A DNA stretch of 64,000 nt from an uncultured Clostridium sp. (GTDB taxonomy: Bacteria; Bacillota; Clostridia; TANB77; CAG-508). The notes beneath the pieces are model-generated. The model worked only from the letters and a program-made list of their open reading frames with translations. It had not been told where the DNA came from and searched no databases. This document shows positions 53,141 to 62,976 of this stretch, in pieces (the stretch's first letter is position 1; every line of letters begins with the position of its first letter). The stretch spans positions 7,377 to 71,376 of the forward strand of contig CANEHB010000006.1 in assembly GCA_947427205.1 (NCBI GenBank), written 5' to 3'. The translations under genes were made by a program, and so were the position numbers.

Positions 53141-56100
53141 TTATTCATCTTCATTATCTAAAGAATCAAGATCCTTAAATATCTTATCATCTGGTAAATC
53201 TTCTTCATCTAATATGTTAGTAAAGAATTCATCATCTTCTTCTAAATCATCTTCTTGATCTTCTAATTCTTCATCACTAACTTCGTTTAGATTATCTTCT
53301 TCAAGTTCACTTTCATCAATTCTTTCTTCTACTCCATCTAATCCTTCTTCAGTATGTTCTTTTATTTCAATTTCTTCGTCAGTTTCACTATAAAGTTTTA
53401 CATCTAAACCTAAAGATTGAAGTTCTTTAATTAATACTTTAAAGCTTTCTGGAATTCCTGGCTCTGGTATATTTTCACCTTTAACAATAGCTTCATAAGT
53501 TTTTACCCTACCTACAACATCATCTGATTTAACAGTTAAGATTTCTTGTAGAGTATATGCAGCACCATAAGCTTCCAATGCCCAAACTTCCATCTCTCCA
53601 AATCTTTGTCCACCAAATTGAGCTTTACCTCCAAGTGGTTGTTGAGTAACAAGTGAGTATGGTCCTGTTGAACGAGCATGTATTTTATCATCAACTAAGT
53701 GGTGAAGTTTTAACATATACATTACACCAACTGTAATTGGTTGATCAAATGGCTCTCCTGTTCTTCCATCATAAAGAATTGTTTTACCATTTGTTTCAAG
53801 TCCTGCTGTTTCAAGCATAGCTTCAATATCTTCTTCTGTTGCACCATCAAATACTGGTGTAGCCATTTTCCATCCTAACATTCTTGCAGCAGCACCTAAG
53901 TGAACTTCAAGCACCTGTCCTAAGTTCATACGAGAAGGTACACCAAGTGGGTTTAAAACAACATCTACTGGTGTTCCATCTGGTAAGAATGGCATATCTT
54001 CTTCTGGTAATATTCTTGAGATAACACCTTTATTACCATGACGTCCAGCCATTTTATCTCCAACAGATATTTTTCTTTTTTGTGCTATATAAATTCTAAT
54101 TACTTGATTTACACCTGGAGCTAATTCATCTGAATTCTCTCTTGTAAATACTTTAACATCAACTATTGTTCCTGCTTCTCCATGAGGTACTCTTAAAGAT
54201 GTATCTCTAACTTCTCTAGCTTTTTCACCAAAGATAGCTCTTAATAATCTTTCTTCAGCTGTTAATTCTGTTTCTCCTTTTGGAGTAACTTTACCAACTA
54301 ATATATCTCCTGGTTTAACTTCAGCACCAATTCTGATAATACCATTATCATCTAAGTCACGAAGGGAATCTTCACCAACATTTGGTATATCCCTTGTAAT
54401 TTCTTCTGGTCCTAATTTTGTATCACGACATTCGCAATCATAATCTTCTATATGCATTGATGTTAATACATCTTCTTTTACTAATCTTTCATTTAAAAGA
54501 ATAGCATCCTCATAGTTATAACCTTCCCAAGTAGTGAAAGCAATTAGTAAGTTTTTACCTAATGCCATTTCTCCGTTTTGTGTAGCTGGTCCATCAGCTA
54601 TAACATCTCCACGTTTAATAACTTCTCCTTCTTTTACTATTGGTCTTTGGTTAATACATGTACTACCATTTGTTCTCTTGAATTTTCTTAAAGTATATGT
54701 TCTTTTTTGTCCTAATTCATTTTTAATAACAATTTTATCTCCTTCAACAGTTTCAACAACACCATTTTCTTCTGCTAAAATCATAACTCCTGAATCTTTA
54801 GCAGCTTTATATTCGATTCCTGTTCCAACCATTGGAGAATCTGTTATCATTAAAGGAACTGCTTGACGTTGCATGTTTGATCCCATAAGTGCACGGTTAG
54901 CATCATCATGCTCTAAGAAAGGTATCATTGCAGCACCAACTGAAACTAATTGCTTTGGAGAAACATCTATGTAGTCAACTTGTGATTTAGCAATTTCTTT
55001 AATTTCAGCACGATCTCTAACTCTAACTCTTTTATTTACTAAGCAATTATTTTCATCAAGTGGTTCTGATGCTTGACAGATAATATATTGGTCTTCTTCA
55101 TCAGCTGTCATATATGTTACTTCATCAGTTACTCTGCAAGTTTCTTTATCTATTTTTCTATATGGTGTTTCAATAAATCCATATTCATTTATTATAGCAA
55201 ATGTTGAAAGTGCAGATATAAGTCCAATGTTTGGTCCTTCTGGAGATTCAATTGGACATAATCTTCCATAGTGAGTATAGTGAATATCACGAACCTCGAA
55301 TCCAGCTCTTTCTCTTGATAAACCACCTGGTCCTAAAGCTGATATTCTTCTTTTATGTGTTAATTCTGATAATGGATTTGTTTGATCCATAAATTGTGAT
55401 AATTGAGAACTTCCAAAGAATTCTCTAATTGATGATGTTATTGGTTTTGTGTTAATTAATGTTTGTGGTGTTACAACATCTAAATCTTGAATTGTCATTC
55501 TTTCACGAACAACTCTTTCAAGTCTTGTTAAACCAATTCTAAATTGATTTTGTAATAACTCTCCAACACATCTAATACGTCTATTTCCTAAATGGTCAAT
55601 ATCATCTACAAATCCTAATCTTGGCTTTGCTGGATCTGATATATGAACATTATACTCTAAGTTTAATAAGTAGTTTACAGAAGCTAATATATCTTCTGTA
55701 ACAATATGCTTAGGTATTAATTCTTCTATTCTATCTTCTATTTCTTTTCTTAATGCTTTTTCATTTTTTGCTGTTTCTAAAATGTTTTGTAAAATTCCAT
55801 AGTTAACATCAACTTTGATTTTTAATTCATCAGCAATTTTAGGGTCAACAAAAGCTCTAATATCAACTGTTCCGTTTCCTATAACTTTTGCTTTCTTTCC
55901 TTCAATATTTACATATACAATATTTATTCCTGAATCTTGAATTTGCTTAGCTACTTCTCTTGAAATAACTTCATCTTTTTCTACTAAAACTTCTCCTGTT
56001 TCAGGATTTACTATTGTATCAAATGCAATATGATTTGCTATTCTTGATGCTAAACTTAATTTTTTATTATATTTATATCTACCAACTTTTGATAAATCAT

Positions 56101-56902
56101 AACGTCTGCTATCAAAAAATAATCCATCAAATAAATTTCTAGCAGCATCAACTGTTGGAAGTTCGCCTGGTCTTAATTTTTTGTAGATTTCTATTAAAGC
56201 TTCATCAGCTGTTTTAACTGGATCTTTAGCAATAGTTGCTAAAATTTTATCATCTTCTCCAAAGAAATCTATAATCTTTTCATCTGTATCTAATCCTATT
56301 GCTCTTAAAAGTGATGTAACTGGTAATTTTCTTGTTCTATCAATTCTTACCCAAAATACATCATTGCTATCTGTTTCATATTCAATCCATGCGCCTCTTA
56401 TTGGCATAACAGTAGCAGTATATAATTTTTTACCTGCTTTATCATAAGTAGAATCATAATAACATCCTGGAGAACGTACTAACTGACTTACTACAACTCT
56501 CTCTGCACCATTTATAACAAATGTTCCACTATCTGTCATAAGTGGGAAATCTCCTAGGTATATTTCTTGTTCTTTAATTTCTCCTGTTTCACGATTAATT
56601 AATCTTACTTTTACATGTAATCTAGTAGAATAAGTAGCGTCTCTTTCTTTTGATTCTTCTAATGAATATTTTGTTTTTTCTTCCATGTAATAATCAAAAA
56701 ATTCTAAAACTAAATTTCCTGAATAATCAATTATAGGTGAAATATCTTTTAATACTTCTCCTAATCCCTCTTTTATGAACCAGTCATAAGAGTCTTTTTG
56801 AACTTTTAATAAATTAGGAATCTCAACGAAATCACCAATTTTAGAAAAAGTTTTACGTACACTTTTCTCATGTACAATGTCTTTTACTTTTATTTTTCCC
56901 AA
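53141..56902 (-). CDS. rpoB: RNA polymerase beta subunit
   Basis: [12 protein letters not shown] and SQLSQFMDQ motifs; TTG start; long acidic tail. Confidence 0.99.
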   Translation of the reverse strand: MGKIKVKDIVHEKSVRKTFSKIGDFVEIPNLLKVQKDSYDWFIKEGLGEVLKDISPIIDYSGNLVLEFFDYYMEEKTKYSLEESKERDATYSTRLHVKVRLINRETGEIKEQEIYLGDFPLMTDSGTFVINGAERVVVSQLVRSPGCYYDSTYDKAGKKLYTATVMPIRGAWIEYETDSNDVFWVRIDRTRKLPVTSLLRAIGLDTDEKIIDFFGEDDKILATIAKDPVKTADEALIEIYKKLRPGELPTVDAARNLFDGLFFDSRRYDLSKVGRYKYNKKLSLASRIANHIAFDTIVNPETGEVLVEKDEVISREVAKQIQDSGINIVYVNIEGKKAKVIGNGTVDIRAFVDPKIADELKIKVDVNYGILQNILETAKNEKALRKEIEDRIEELIPKHIVTEDILASVNYLLNLEYNVHISDPAKPRLGFVDDIDHLGNRRIRCVGELLQNQFRIGLTRLERVVRERMTIQDLDVVTPQTLINTKPITSSIREFFGSSQLSQFMDQTNPLSELTHKRRISALGPGGLSRERAGFEVRDIHYTHYGRLCPIESPEGPNIGLISALSTFAIINEYGFIETPYRKIDKETCRVTDEVTYMTADEEDQYIICQASEPLDENNCLVNKRVRVRDRAEIKEIAKSQVDYIDVSPKQLVSVGAAMIPFLEHDDANRALMGSNMQRQAVPLMITDSPMVGTGIEYKAAKDSGVMILAEENGVVETVEGDKIVIKNELGQKRTYTLRKFKRTNGSTCINQRPIVKEGEVIKRGDVIADGPATQNGEMALGKNLLIAFTTWEGYNYEDAILLNERLVKEDVLTSMHIEDYDCECRDTKLGPEEITRDIPNVGEDSLRDLDDNGIIRIGAEVKPGDILVGKVTPKGETELTAEERLLRAIFGEKAREVRDTSLRVPHGEAGTIVDVKVFTRENSDELAPGVNQVIRIYIAQKRKISVGDKMAGRHGNKGVISRILPEEDMPFLPDGTPVDVVLNPLGVPSRMNLGQVLEVHLGAAARMLGWKMATPVFDGATEEDIEAMLETAGLETNGKTILYDGRTGEPFDQPITVGVMYMLKLHHLVDDKIHARSTGPYSLVTQQPLGGKAQFGGQRFGEMEVWALEAYGAAYTLQEILTVKSDDVVGRVKTYEAIVKGENIPEPGIPESFKVLIKELQSLGLDVKLYSETDEEIEIKEHTEEGLDGVEERIDESELEEDNLNEVSDEELEDQEDDLEEDDEFFTNILDEEDLPDDKIFKDLDSLDNEDE

Positions 56903-57081
56903 AATAAAATACCACCTTATCTATAAATTTAGCAGGTATGTGTATTTATTTATCTAATAGGTCCCTCTTGCAATAAAAAATTGTTATTTTCAAAATTTCC
57001 CCCTGCCAAAAAGCAAATTTTAAAAATAGTTCCTTTTTATTCAATTCCTCCTATTAGAACATTTTATAAAATTACTACAAT

Positions 57082-57110
57082 ATTATATATTTTTTTATAT
57101 CTTAAGTCAA
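57082..57110 (-). promoter_or_regulatory. SigA promoter of rpoBC
   Basis: TTGACT-17 nt-TATAAT. Confidence 0.65.
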
Positions 57111-57270
57111 GCTATTTTTTAAATTTTTCTTAGGGAAATAAGACTTTTAAATGTAATATACTTGATTTTTAATTTAAAATCATTTATATTATTATTGAAA
57201 GTTATCAAAGCTTTTCTATTTATAGAAATTACATAACATATCGAATAGCATTTATTATTAAGGAGTTTAT

Positions 57271-57870
57271 ATGGAAGATAATTTCGAAACAAGTAAAAAA
57301 TTAAATTTAAAAAAAGTTTTTATAGCCATAATTATTGCTTTATTTTTGTTAGTGATTATAATAGAACTAATCGCAAATTCTTTTAAAAATTCACATACTG
57401 AAAAAAGTAATAATAGTAATCCAAATTCTATATTTATGGATAATGATGAAACTATAAGTCTAAATCTTTCTAAAAAATATGAATTATCACAGTATGTACC
57501 AAAGCAAAATTATCTTTTAGAATTAAGATCGCAAAATAATCTAAATATCTTTGTTTCAAAAAAGGAACTAATAGAAAATCGTAGCTTAAATGACGTTATT
57601 TCTGCTGATAGAAGACAATATATTGAAAATTTTAGTGCTTATTCTAATTTATCAGATATAAATGAAATATCAACTACCGAAGAAGCTCCAGGATATACAT
57701 ATAGCTTTCATTATTTAGATAATAATACAAATCAAACTTTTTACTTACAAATAATTTGGATAGAAAGTCAAACTGGATACTATGTACTAGATATAGAATT
57801 TCCACTAGATGCACTTAATACATATTCTAATATAATAACAGAAGCAGCATCTTCATTTAGAATATACTAG
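57271..57870 (+). CDS. Membrane-anchored hypothetical protein (possibly PsbP/DUF1795-like fold)
   Basis: 199-aa ORF with an N-terminal TM; AAGGAG SD. Confidence 0.6.
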   Translation: MEDNFETSKKLNLKKVFIAIIIALFLLVIIIELIANSFKNSHTEKSNNSNPNSIFMDNDETISLNLSKKYELSQYVPKQNYLLELRSQNNLNIFVSKKELIENRSLNDVISADRRQYIENFSAYSNLSDINEISTTEEAPGYTYSFHYLDNNTNQTFYLQIIWIESQTGYYVLDIEFPLDALNTYSNIITEAASSFRIY

Positions 57871-58000
57871 TATAATTAAATATAACTAAAAATAAAAATT
57901 ACTATTTTATAATAGTAATTTTTTAGTTTTTACTGCATATTATAATTATATAAATACTTAAATTCCCCAGATTCATATTATAAAATATACTAAATTAATA

Positions 58001-58029
58001 TTGACTTTTATATATTTTTTTGTTATTAT
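58001..58029 (+). promoter_or_regulatory. Promoter of the tRNA-Gly/tRNA-Cys unit
   Basis: TTGACT-17 nt-TATTAT with an extended TG. Confidence 0.6.
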
Positions 58030-58047
58030 GGTTATGCTTTAATTGAT

Positions 58048-58123
58048 GCGGGAATAGCTCAGTTGATAGAGCGTCGCCTTGCCAAGGCGAAGGTCGCGGG
58101 TTTGAGCCCCGTTTCCCGCTCCA
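58048..58123 (+). tRNA. tRNA-Gly(GCC) with a non-canonical A19/U56 elbow
   Basis: GCGGGAATAGCTCAGTTGATAGAGCGTCGCCTT-GCC-AAGGCGAAGGTCGCGGGTTTGAGCCCCGTTTCCCGCTCCA. Confidence 0.93.
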
Positions 58124-58146
58124 TTTTTTTATAGCAATTTACATAT

Positions 58147-58162
58147 GGCGCCTTAGCCAAGT
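58147..58162 (+). repeat. Exact duplicate of the first 16 nt of tRNA-Cys
   Basis: GGCGCCTTAGCCAAGT also at 58231-58246. Confidence 0.85.
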
Positions 58163-58230
58163 TGTTGAAGTTGTGCGAAGCAAAGCGAGCTACAAATTCA
58201 GTATACGAAAACTAAGCACATATAATAAAC

Positions 58231-58304
58231 GGCGCCTTAGCCAAGTGGTAAGGCACGAGTCTGCAAAACTCTGATCATCAGTTCGATCCTGATAGGCGCC
58301 TCCA
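58231..58304 (+). tRNA. tRNA-Cys(GCA)
   Basis: GGCGCCTTAGCCAAGTGGTAAGGCACGAGTCT-GCA-AAACTCTGATCATCAGTTCGATCCTGATAGGCGCCTCCA; U73 discriminator. Confidence 0.95.
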
Positions 58305-58482
58305 AACAAAAGGCGAGAAAACTTTGAATAATCATTGTTTTCTTGCTTTTTATTTATTATATCAAAATATCTACTTGTACTTCCTTAAATAATATTATAT
58401 AGTAATTTCTATAGAAAATGAGATAAGTAGTTGTGTTGCCACTTTACTCGATAGTTTACTATCAGAAAGTGAGGTGGTGTTT

Positions 58483-58596
58483 ATGAAATTTATATTGTTT
58501 GTAATATATTCATTAATATTTTCATTAGTCATAAACGTAGCCTTATTGACGATCATATACATACAATATGTTAATAGAATTTTAGATAAGGAATAA
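58483..58596 (+). CDS. Putative type I toxin: 37-aa hydrophobic peptide MKFILFVIYSLIFSLVINVALLTIIYIQYVNRILDKE
   Basis: GAGGTG SD; single TM with a charged tail; promoter TTGTAC-17-TATAGT at 58375-58403. Confidence 0.65.
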   Translation: MKFILFVIYSLIFSLVINVALLTIIYIQYVNRILDKE

Positions 58597-58690
58597 AATA
58601 ACAACACATTCTACTTTTTGACCGAAGGGAATGTGTTGTTATCACTATATAAAAGTGGTAACCATATTGCTATGGTTTCTCATTTTCTAT
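58595..58690 (-). ncRNA. Putative antisense antitoxin RNA convergent with the toxin gene
   Basis: TTGACA-17-TATAAT promoter at 58723-58695 on the minus strand; terminator hairpin AACAACACATTC...GAATGTGTTGTT. Confidence 0.6.
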
Positions 58691-58831
58691 TTTTATTATA
58701 CATAGATTTATAATTTTTGTCAAATAACGAATTTATCGGTAATATAAAAAAATACTACTGATGAAATGAACTCAACACCTTTACTTTTAAACTAAAAAAG
58801 TCTGTAATATCAAACGTTTTACAACTTAACC

Positions 58832-58845
58832 GATAGGTGCCTCCA
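58832..58845 (+). repeat. att-like copy of the tRNA-Cys 3' end
   Basis: GATAGGTGCCTCCA versus tRNA GATAGGCGCCTCCA, followed by a terminator hairpin. Confidence 0.7.
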
Positions 58846-59141
58846 AAATTAAGTTATTAGCATAGCTTAAACTGTGTTAATAGCTTTCTTTTTTGATTCT
58901 TTGTCAATAGTTTGGGTAAGATATTTTCAAAACAGCTTTACTTCAATATTTTCTTGACTTTATATCATTTCACTCTAAAACCTTAATTTTGGCACTTTTC
59001 ATTTGAAGTTTTAAAAGAAAAACGAAAAAAATGGTAATAGCATATAATAATTTTCCAATTGGCCCACTAAAATGGCTAAGTCTGAAAAAGAAATTATTGG
59101 AATATCAACAAAGTTAAAGTACAAAGTTAAAAATCATATTT

Positions 59142-59384
59142 CTAAAATATTTTTTTATTATGCATAATTCTCTGATATTTTAAATATTTAATCGAGTAAT
59201 ATTCATTTATTATTATAACTATAAATTCTACTAGTAAAAATAAAATAATATAAGTTAATATCTGAACTACAAAGCTTATTATGTTGAATATACACATATA
59301 TAGGCTACAAATTAAAAAAGTAATCCCCAAAATATATAAGAGAAAAAATAATATATAATTTTTTTCATATTTAATTCTCCTCAT
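59142..59384 (-). pseudogene. Small membrane protein gene, probably frameshifted in an A7 tract
   Basis: The GAGGAG SD points to ATG 59368, which is out of frame with the hydrophobic ORF; one extra A restores MKKNYILFFLL... Confidence 0.4.
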
Positions 59385-59657
59385 TTTGAAATATTATATA
59401 AAAAAATGCAATAAAAAACTATTCTACAGCAATTTTCCCTGAAACTTCACCTTATTTTATTGAAATACAAGAACTACTCATGAATGGTTACAATCTAAAA
59501 AAACTGTATTTTAGTGATTAATCAAAAATTAAAAGAAGAAATTAGAATATTTATATATTGGTATAAATAAAAATCATAGTGAATGTACAAAAATATAAGG
59601 CAGTAGTCTTGAATATTTTGATATGAGCAAGATACAGAATGAATCTACACAACTACT

Positions 59658-59712
59658 GCCTCCAAATAAAAAACGAGAAAGCATTGTTATATCAATATTT
59701 TCTCATTTTTTA
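59658..59712 (+). repeat. Second degenerate copy of the tRNA-Cys 3' end plus its terminator
   Basis: GCCTCCAAATAAAAAACGAGAAA...TTTCTCATTTTTTA versus GCCTCCAAACAAAAGGCGAGAAA...TTTCTTGCTTTTTA. Confidence 0.6.
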
Positions 59713-59842
59713 TGCTTTTTATTTTTAAATAATGAAAATTTATTTATTATATAATTTGATTAAAATACTGTTTGAAAATTGATATACGGGACCTAATCTG
59801 CCCATAGCATTATAGTATCTGACTATGGGCAGATTATTCAGA

Positions 59843-60352
59843 TTAGAGCAAAATTGTCTTAAAAATAAGAAATAGTATAAAACAGATAGGGAGTGGTGAT
59901 AAAAAGATATCAAGTCCGCGACCGCCAAGTGTTCGTGCATATACCAGCGCATCATCATTAGAGTCGTCTGTGCTCAAATCATCGATAATGCCCGAAAGCA
60001 AATGGATATGATTCAAATAAGCAAATATACAAACTCCCAAAATGATGCTGGACTTTATTTCTGCATGTGCAAACCAAAGAAATACTATAACACCAATAGC
60101 ACTTACAATTGCAAACAGTGCTATTTTTAAAAGTCTTTCTGGCCTGAAAAATCTGTAGCTATTGGTAATTATGTAATACCAAGCTTCAAATTTTCTCATG
60201 CAAAAACAATAACACAATACCCCTCCTGATAGCACTGTTAATACATCTTTACCAGTTATCTCATGACCAGATACCCGGAGTGCTATAAAAAGGATAACTA
60301 TTAGTACTAAAGATACAATTCCCACTATGACTGCTCCAATTTTCCTTCCCAT
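59843..60352 (-). CDS. Hypothetical multi-TM membrane protein, GC-richer solo gene
   Basis: 169-aa ORF; AGGAGG SD; promoter TTGACG-17-TATAAT at 60435-60407; hairpin at about 59794-59836. Confidence 0.7.
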   Translation of the reverse strand: MGRKIGAVIVGIVSLVLIVILFIALRVSGHEITGKDVLTVLSGGVLCYCFCMRKFEAWYYIITNSYRFFRPERLLKIALFAIVSAIGVIVFLWFAHAEIKSSIILGVCIFAYLNHIHLLSGIIDDLSTDDSNDDALVYARTLGGRGLDIFLSPLPICFILFLIFKTILL

Positions 60353-60648
60353 ACTTTTTCCTCCTAATTATATAATGAAATAAGAGCAATTTTCGGTTAC
60401 ATAATGATTATACTACATTTTTCAAATGCCGTCAATCACTATACTTTTAAGCAGTATCATAATGTATTTAAAATTTTATTTTACTATAAGATTTTCTTTA
60501 ATGATCATATGCAATATATAATATAAGATACTAATCTTGAATATCATTATAATAGATGTAAAGATATATAAAAGTTCATTTTGTTCGCTTATATTATTTT
60601 AAATAATGTAATATAGTAGTAAAAAATAGATATAAAAGAAGTTTATAT

Positions 60649-60789
60649 ATGAGACTAAAAAGTCGTGAAATTAGCAATTTTAATGAAATAGTTGATGTAT
60701 TAGAAAGATGCAAAACACTTCCTATGACTGCAGTTTATAAGATAGAAATCAATAAATTATCAGGAAAAAGAAAATTGCCAGAAGTATAA
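60649..60789 (+). pseudogene. Internally deleted NimA/pyridoxamine 5'-phosphate oxidase family remnant (46 aa)
   Basis: MRLKSREISNFNEIVDVLERCKT joined directly to LPMTAVYKIEINKLSGKRK, which resemble the two termini of this family. Confidence 0.6.
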
Positions 60790-60873
60790 TAGAATAAAAA
60801 TTTGCTGTTATAAAAAAGGCTAAAAAACTTTTAATAATCTGTTTTCTAGCCTTTCATTAATTTGATTTTATAT

Positions 60874-61438
60874 TTAATCTAATTCCTCTTCAATATTTCT
60901 CTCAATATAATAACTTTTTACTTCACCATTTCCGAATAGCCAAATTTAATAAGCTTTCTTGATCAGGCATACCATTAACATAACAATCTATTGCTATACT
61001 CACTCCACCATGAGTTACAAATAAAATATTCTTATCTTTATACTTATTTTCTATATTATCCAATTTCGTGTATACTCTATAAAAAAAATCTTTTATATTT
61101 TCTGCACTTTTAAAATGTTGATTTTTCTTATAACTCCAGAATCCTTCAAAATCAAAATCATCTTGTTTACTTCCCTCAAACTCTCCAAAATCTCTTTCAG
61201 ATATTTCATCATCATATATTATTGGTATATTTCTATCTTTATTTATCATTTGTGCTGTTTCTTTTGCTCTTGCGAGTGTTGAACAAATTATTAAATCAAT
61301 CTTTTCATTTTCTAATTTTTCTTTAGTTTTTTCTGCCTGTTCTACACCTTTAGTATTTAAGGAAACATCTGCTTTTCCTTGAACCTTATTTTCTAAATTC
61401 CAATCAGTTTGTCCATGTCTAATAACATACCATTTCAC
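60874..61438 (-). CDS. Histidine phosphatase (PGM family); needs a +1 frameshift at CGG-A (60934) for the full 187 aa
   Basis: RHGQT, ERDFGEFEG and VTHGG motifs; 0-frame ends LAI-R-KW*; +1 frame GNGEVKSYYIERNIEEELD* supplies the typical N-x-E-x-x-x-Y terminal strand. Confidence 0.85.
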
Positions 61439-61633
61439 TTATAACATCCTCCCTATCAATTACTTAACATAATATAATTATCCATCATTTAATAGGGATT
61501 GTAAAATACTTAAAAATTATGTAGATATAACTTTAAGTTATATATTAATTTTATATTATTGTTTATATCTTAAAAGCTTCATATAATAGTAAATATAAAA
61601 TAGCTGAAACCATCATCTGATTTCAGCTATCTG

Positions 61634-62506
61634 CTAACTTAAAAATTCTTTTTTAATTATTTTCACTAAGCTATTTAATTCCTTAAATTTATTATCATTA
61701 TTCAAATAAATTCCAAACTCAATTGGTTTTAATTTTAGCTCTGTACTTAACTCTGATATTTTATTATCTTTTAATTCCTCTTCTATATATTCTTTTGTTA
61801 TTATTCCTATACTATCTTCATTTTTTAATATTCCTAACATAGTTGTATAAGTAACATTTTTTATATTTTCCCTTTCTTCTATTCCTAATGCTTTCATAAA
61901 ATTAATAGCTGTTAAAGATGTTTTCTTAGGAGTATATATTACTTCATTTTTTAAATCTTCTTTACTTAAAGTTTTACCAATAAATCTTGAATTGGTATTT
62001 ACTACAAAAATATCATGTAAATATCCTAAACTAATAAATGATATTTTTTGATTGTTATATAGTTTCTCATCTACTTTTTTTGATAATACTATATCTAGTT
62101 TTTGATTTTCTAACATATACAACATATCATTAAAAGTCTCATTAGTTACATCTACTTGACTTCTAGGATTCTCTCTATAGTACTCTGCCATACATTTTCC
62201 AAACATTTTACTTAGCATTGTAACATGAGAACCTAAATTTATATTTCTAACTTCATTAATCTTTTTATCTATATTTGTTAATATTGATATTGAATCTTTT
62301 ATCTCGTCATAAAGAAACTTTCCTTTATCCGTTAACTCCATACCATATTTATTTCTCTTAAATAAATTTACTTGCAATTCATTTTCTAAATTTTTGATAT
62401 GTTTTGTTACTGCTGGTTGTGAAATATGTAAAACAGCACTTGCTCTAGTTAAATTCCCCTCTTTTGCTACAATTGTAAATATTCTATATAATTCTAAATT
62501 TACCAT
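61634..62506 (-). CDS. LysR family transcriptional regulator
   Basis: NLTRASAVLHISQPAVTKHIKNLE HTH. Confidence 0.92.
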   Translation of the reverse strand: MVNLELYRIFTIVAKEGNLTRASAVLHISQPAVTKHIKNLENELQVNLFKRNKYGMELTDKGKFLYDEIKDSISILTNIDKKINEVRNINLGSHVTMLSKMFGKCMAEYYRENPRSQVDVTNETFNDMLYMLENQKLDIVLSKKVDEKLYNNQKISFISLGYLHDIFVVNTNSRFIGKTLSKEDLKNEVIYTPKKTSLTAINFMKALGIEERENIKNVTYTTMLGILKNEDSIGIITKEYIEEELKDNKISELSTELKLKPIEFGIYLNNDNKFKELNSLVKIIKKEFLS

Positions 62507-62517
62507 TTAATTGCTCC

Positions 62518-62967
62518 TTATTCCCAATAATATTCACCGTTTTCTTTTCTATAGCAATCCATTTTCAAATAATTTTTATTTCTTTTTATATAAAATTCTT
62601 CTATAAATTTTTTATCACTTTCTATTATATCAGTAGCCTTCTCAATGTCTTCCTTAGAAAACCATTTATACCTAAATTCTGGATTCTCAATTTCTACACT
62701 ATTATCCATATTTAATAAGCATATATATAATAAACTTGTTGAATTTTTATCATGCATTATTTCTGAAGATACTCCTAATAATTCTCGAAACTTCATATCT
62801 ATTCCTATTTCTTCTAACATCTCTCTTTTTACTGCTTCATCAATATGCTCACATTCTTCTACTTTTCCACCAGGTATTCCCCACAATCCTATAAAGTCTC
62901 CTCTTTCTCTTTGAATTAATAATATTTTATCTTCTTTTTCAACTATTCCTAAAACAACATTTACCAT
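62518..62967 (-). CDS. NUDIX hydrolase
   Basis: GGKVEECEHIDEAVKREMLEEIG Nudix box. Confidence 0.9.
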   Translation of the reverse strand: MVNVVLGIVEKEDKILLIQRERGDFIGLWGIPGGKVEECEHIDEAVKREMLEEIGIDMKFRELLGVSSEIMHDKNSTSLLYICLLNMDNSVEIENPEFRYKWFSKEDIEKATDIIESDKKFIEEFYIKRNKNYLKMDCYRKENGEYYWE

Positions 62968-62976
62968 TCTCTTCTC

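Noticed and set aside
55230-55420. rpoB rifampicin-region variants (IESPEG)
   Set aside because: Conservative change with the key Rif-contact residues intact; resistance cannot be inferred
58395-58607. 70-aa minus-strand ORF
   Set aside because: Antisense to the SD-supported toxin-like peptide
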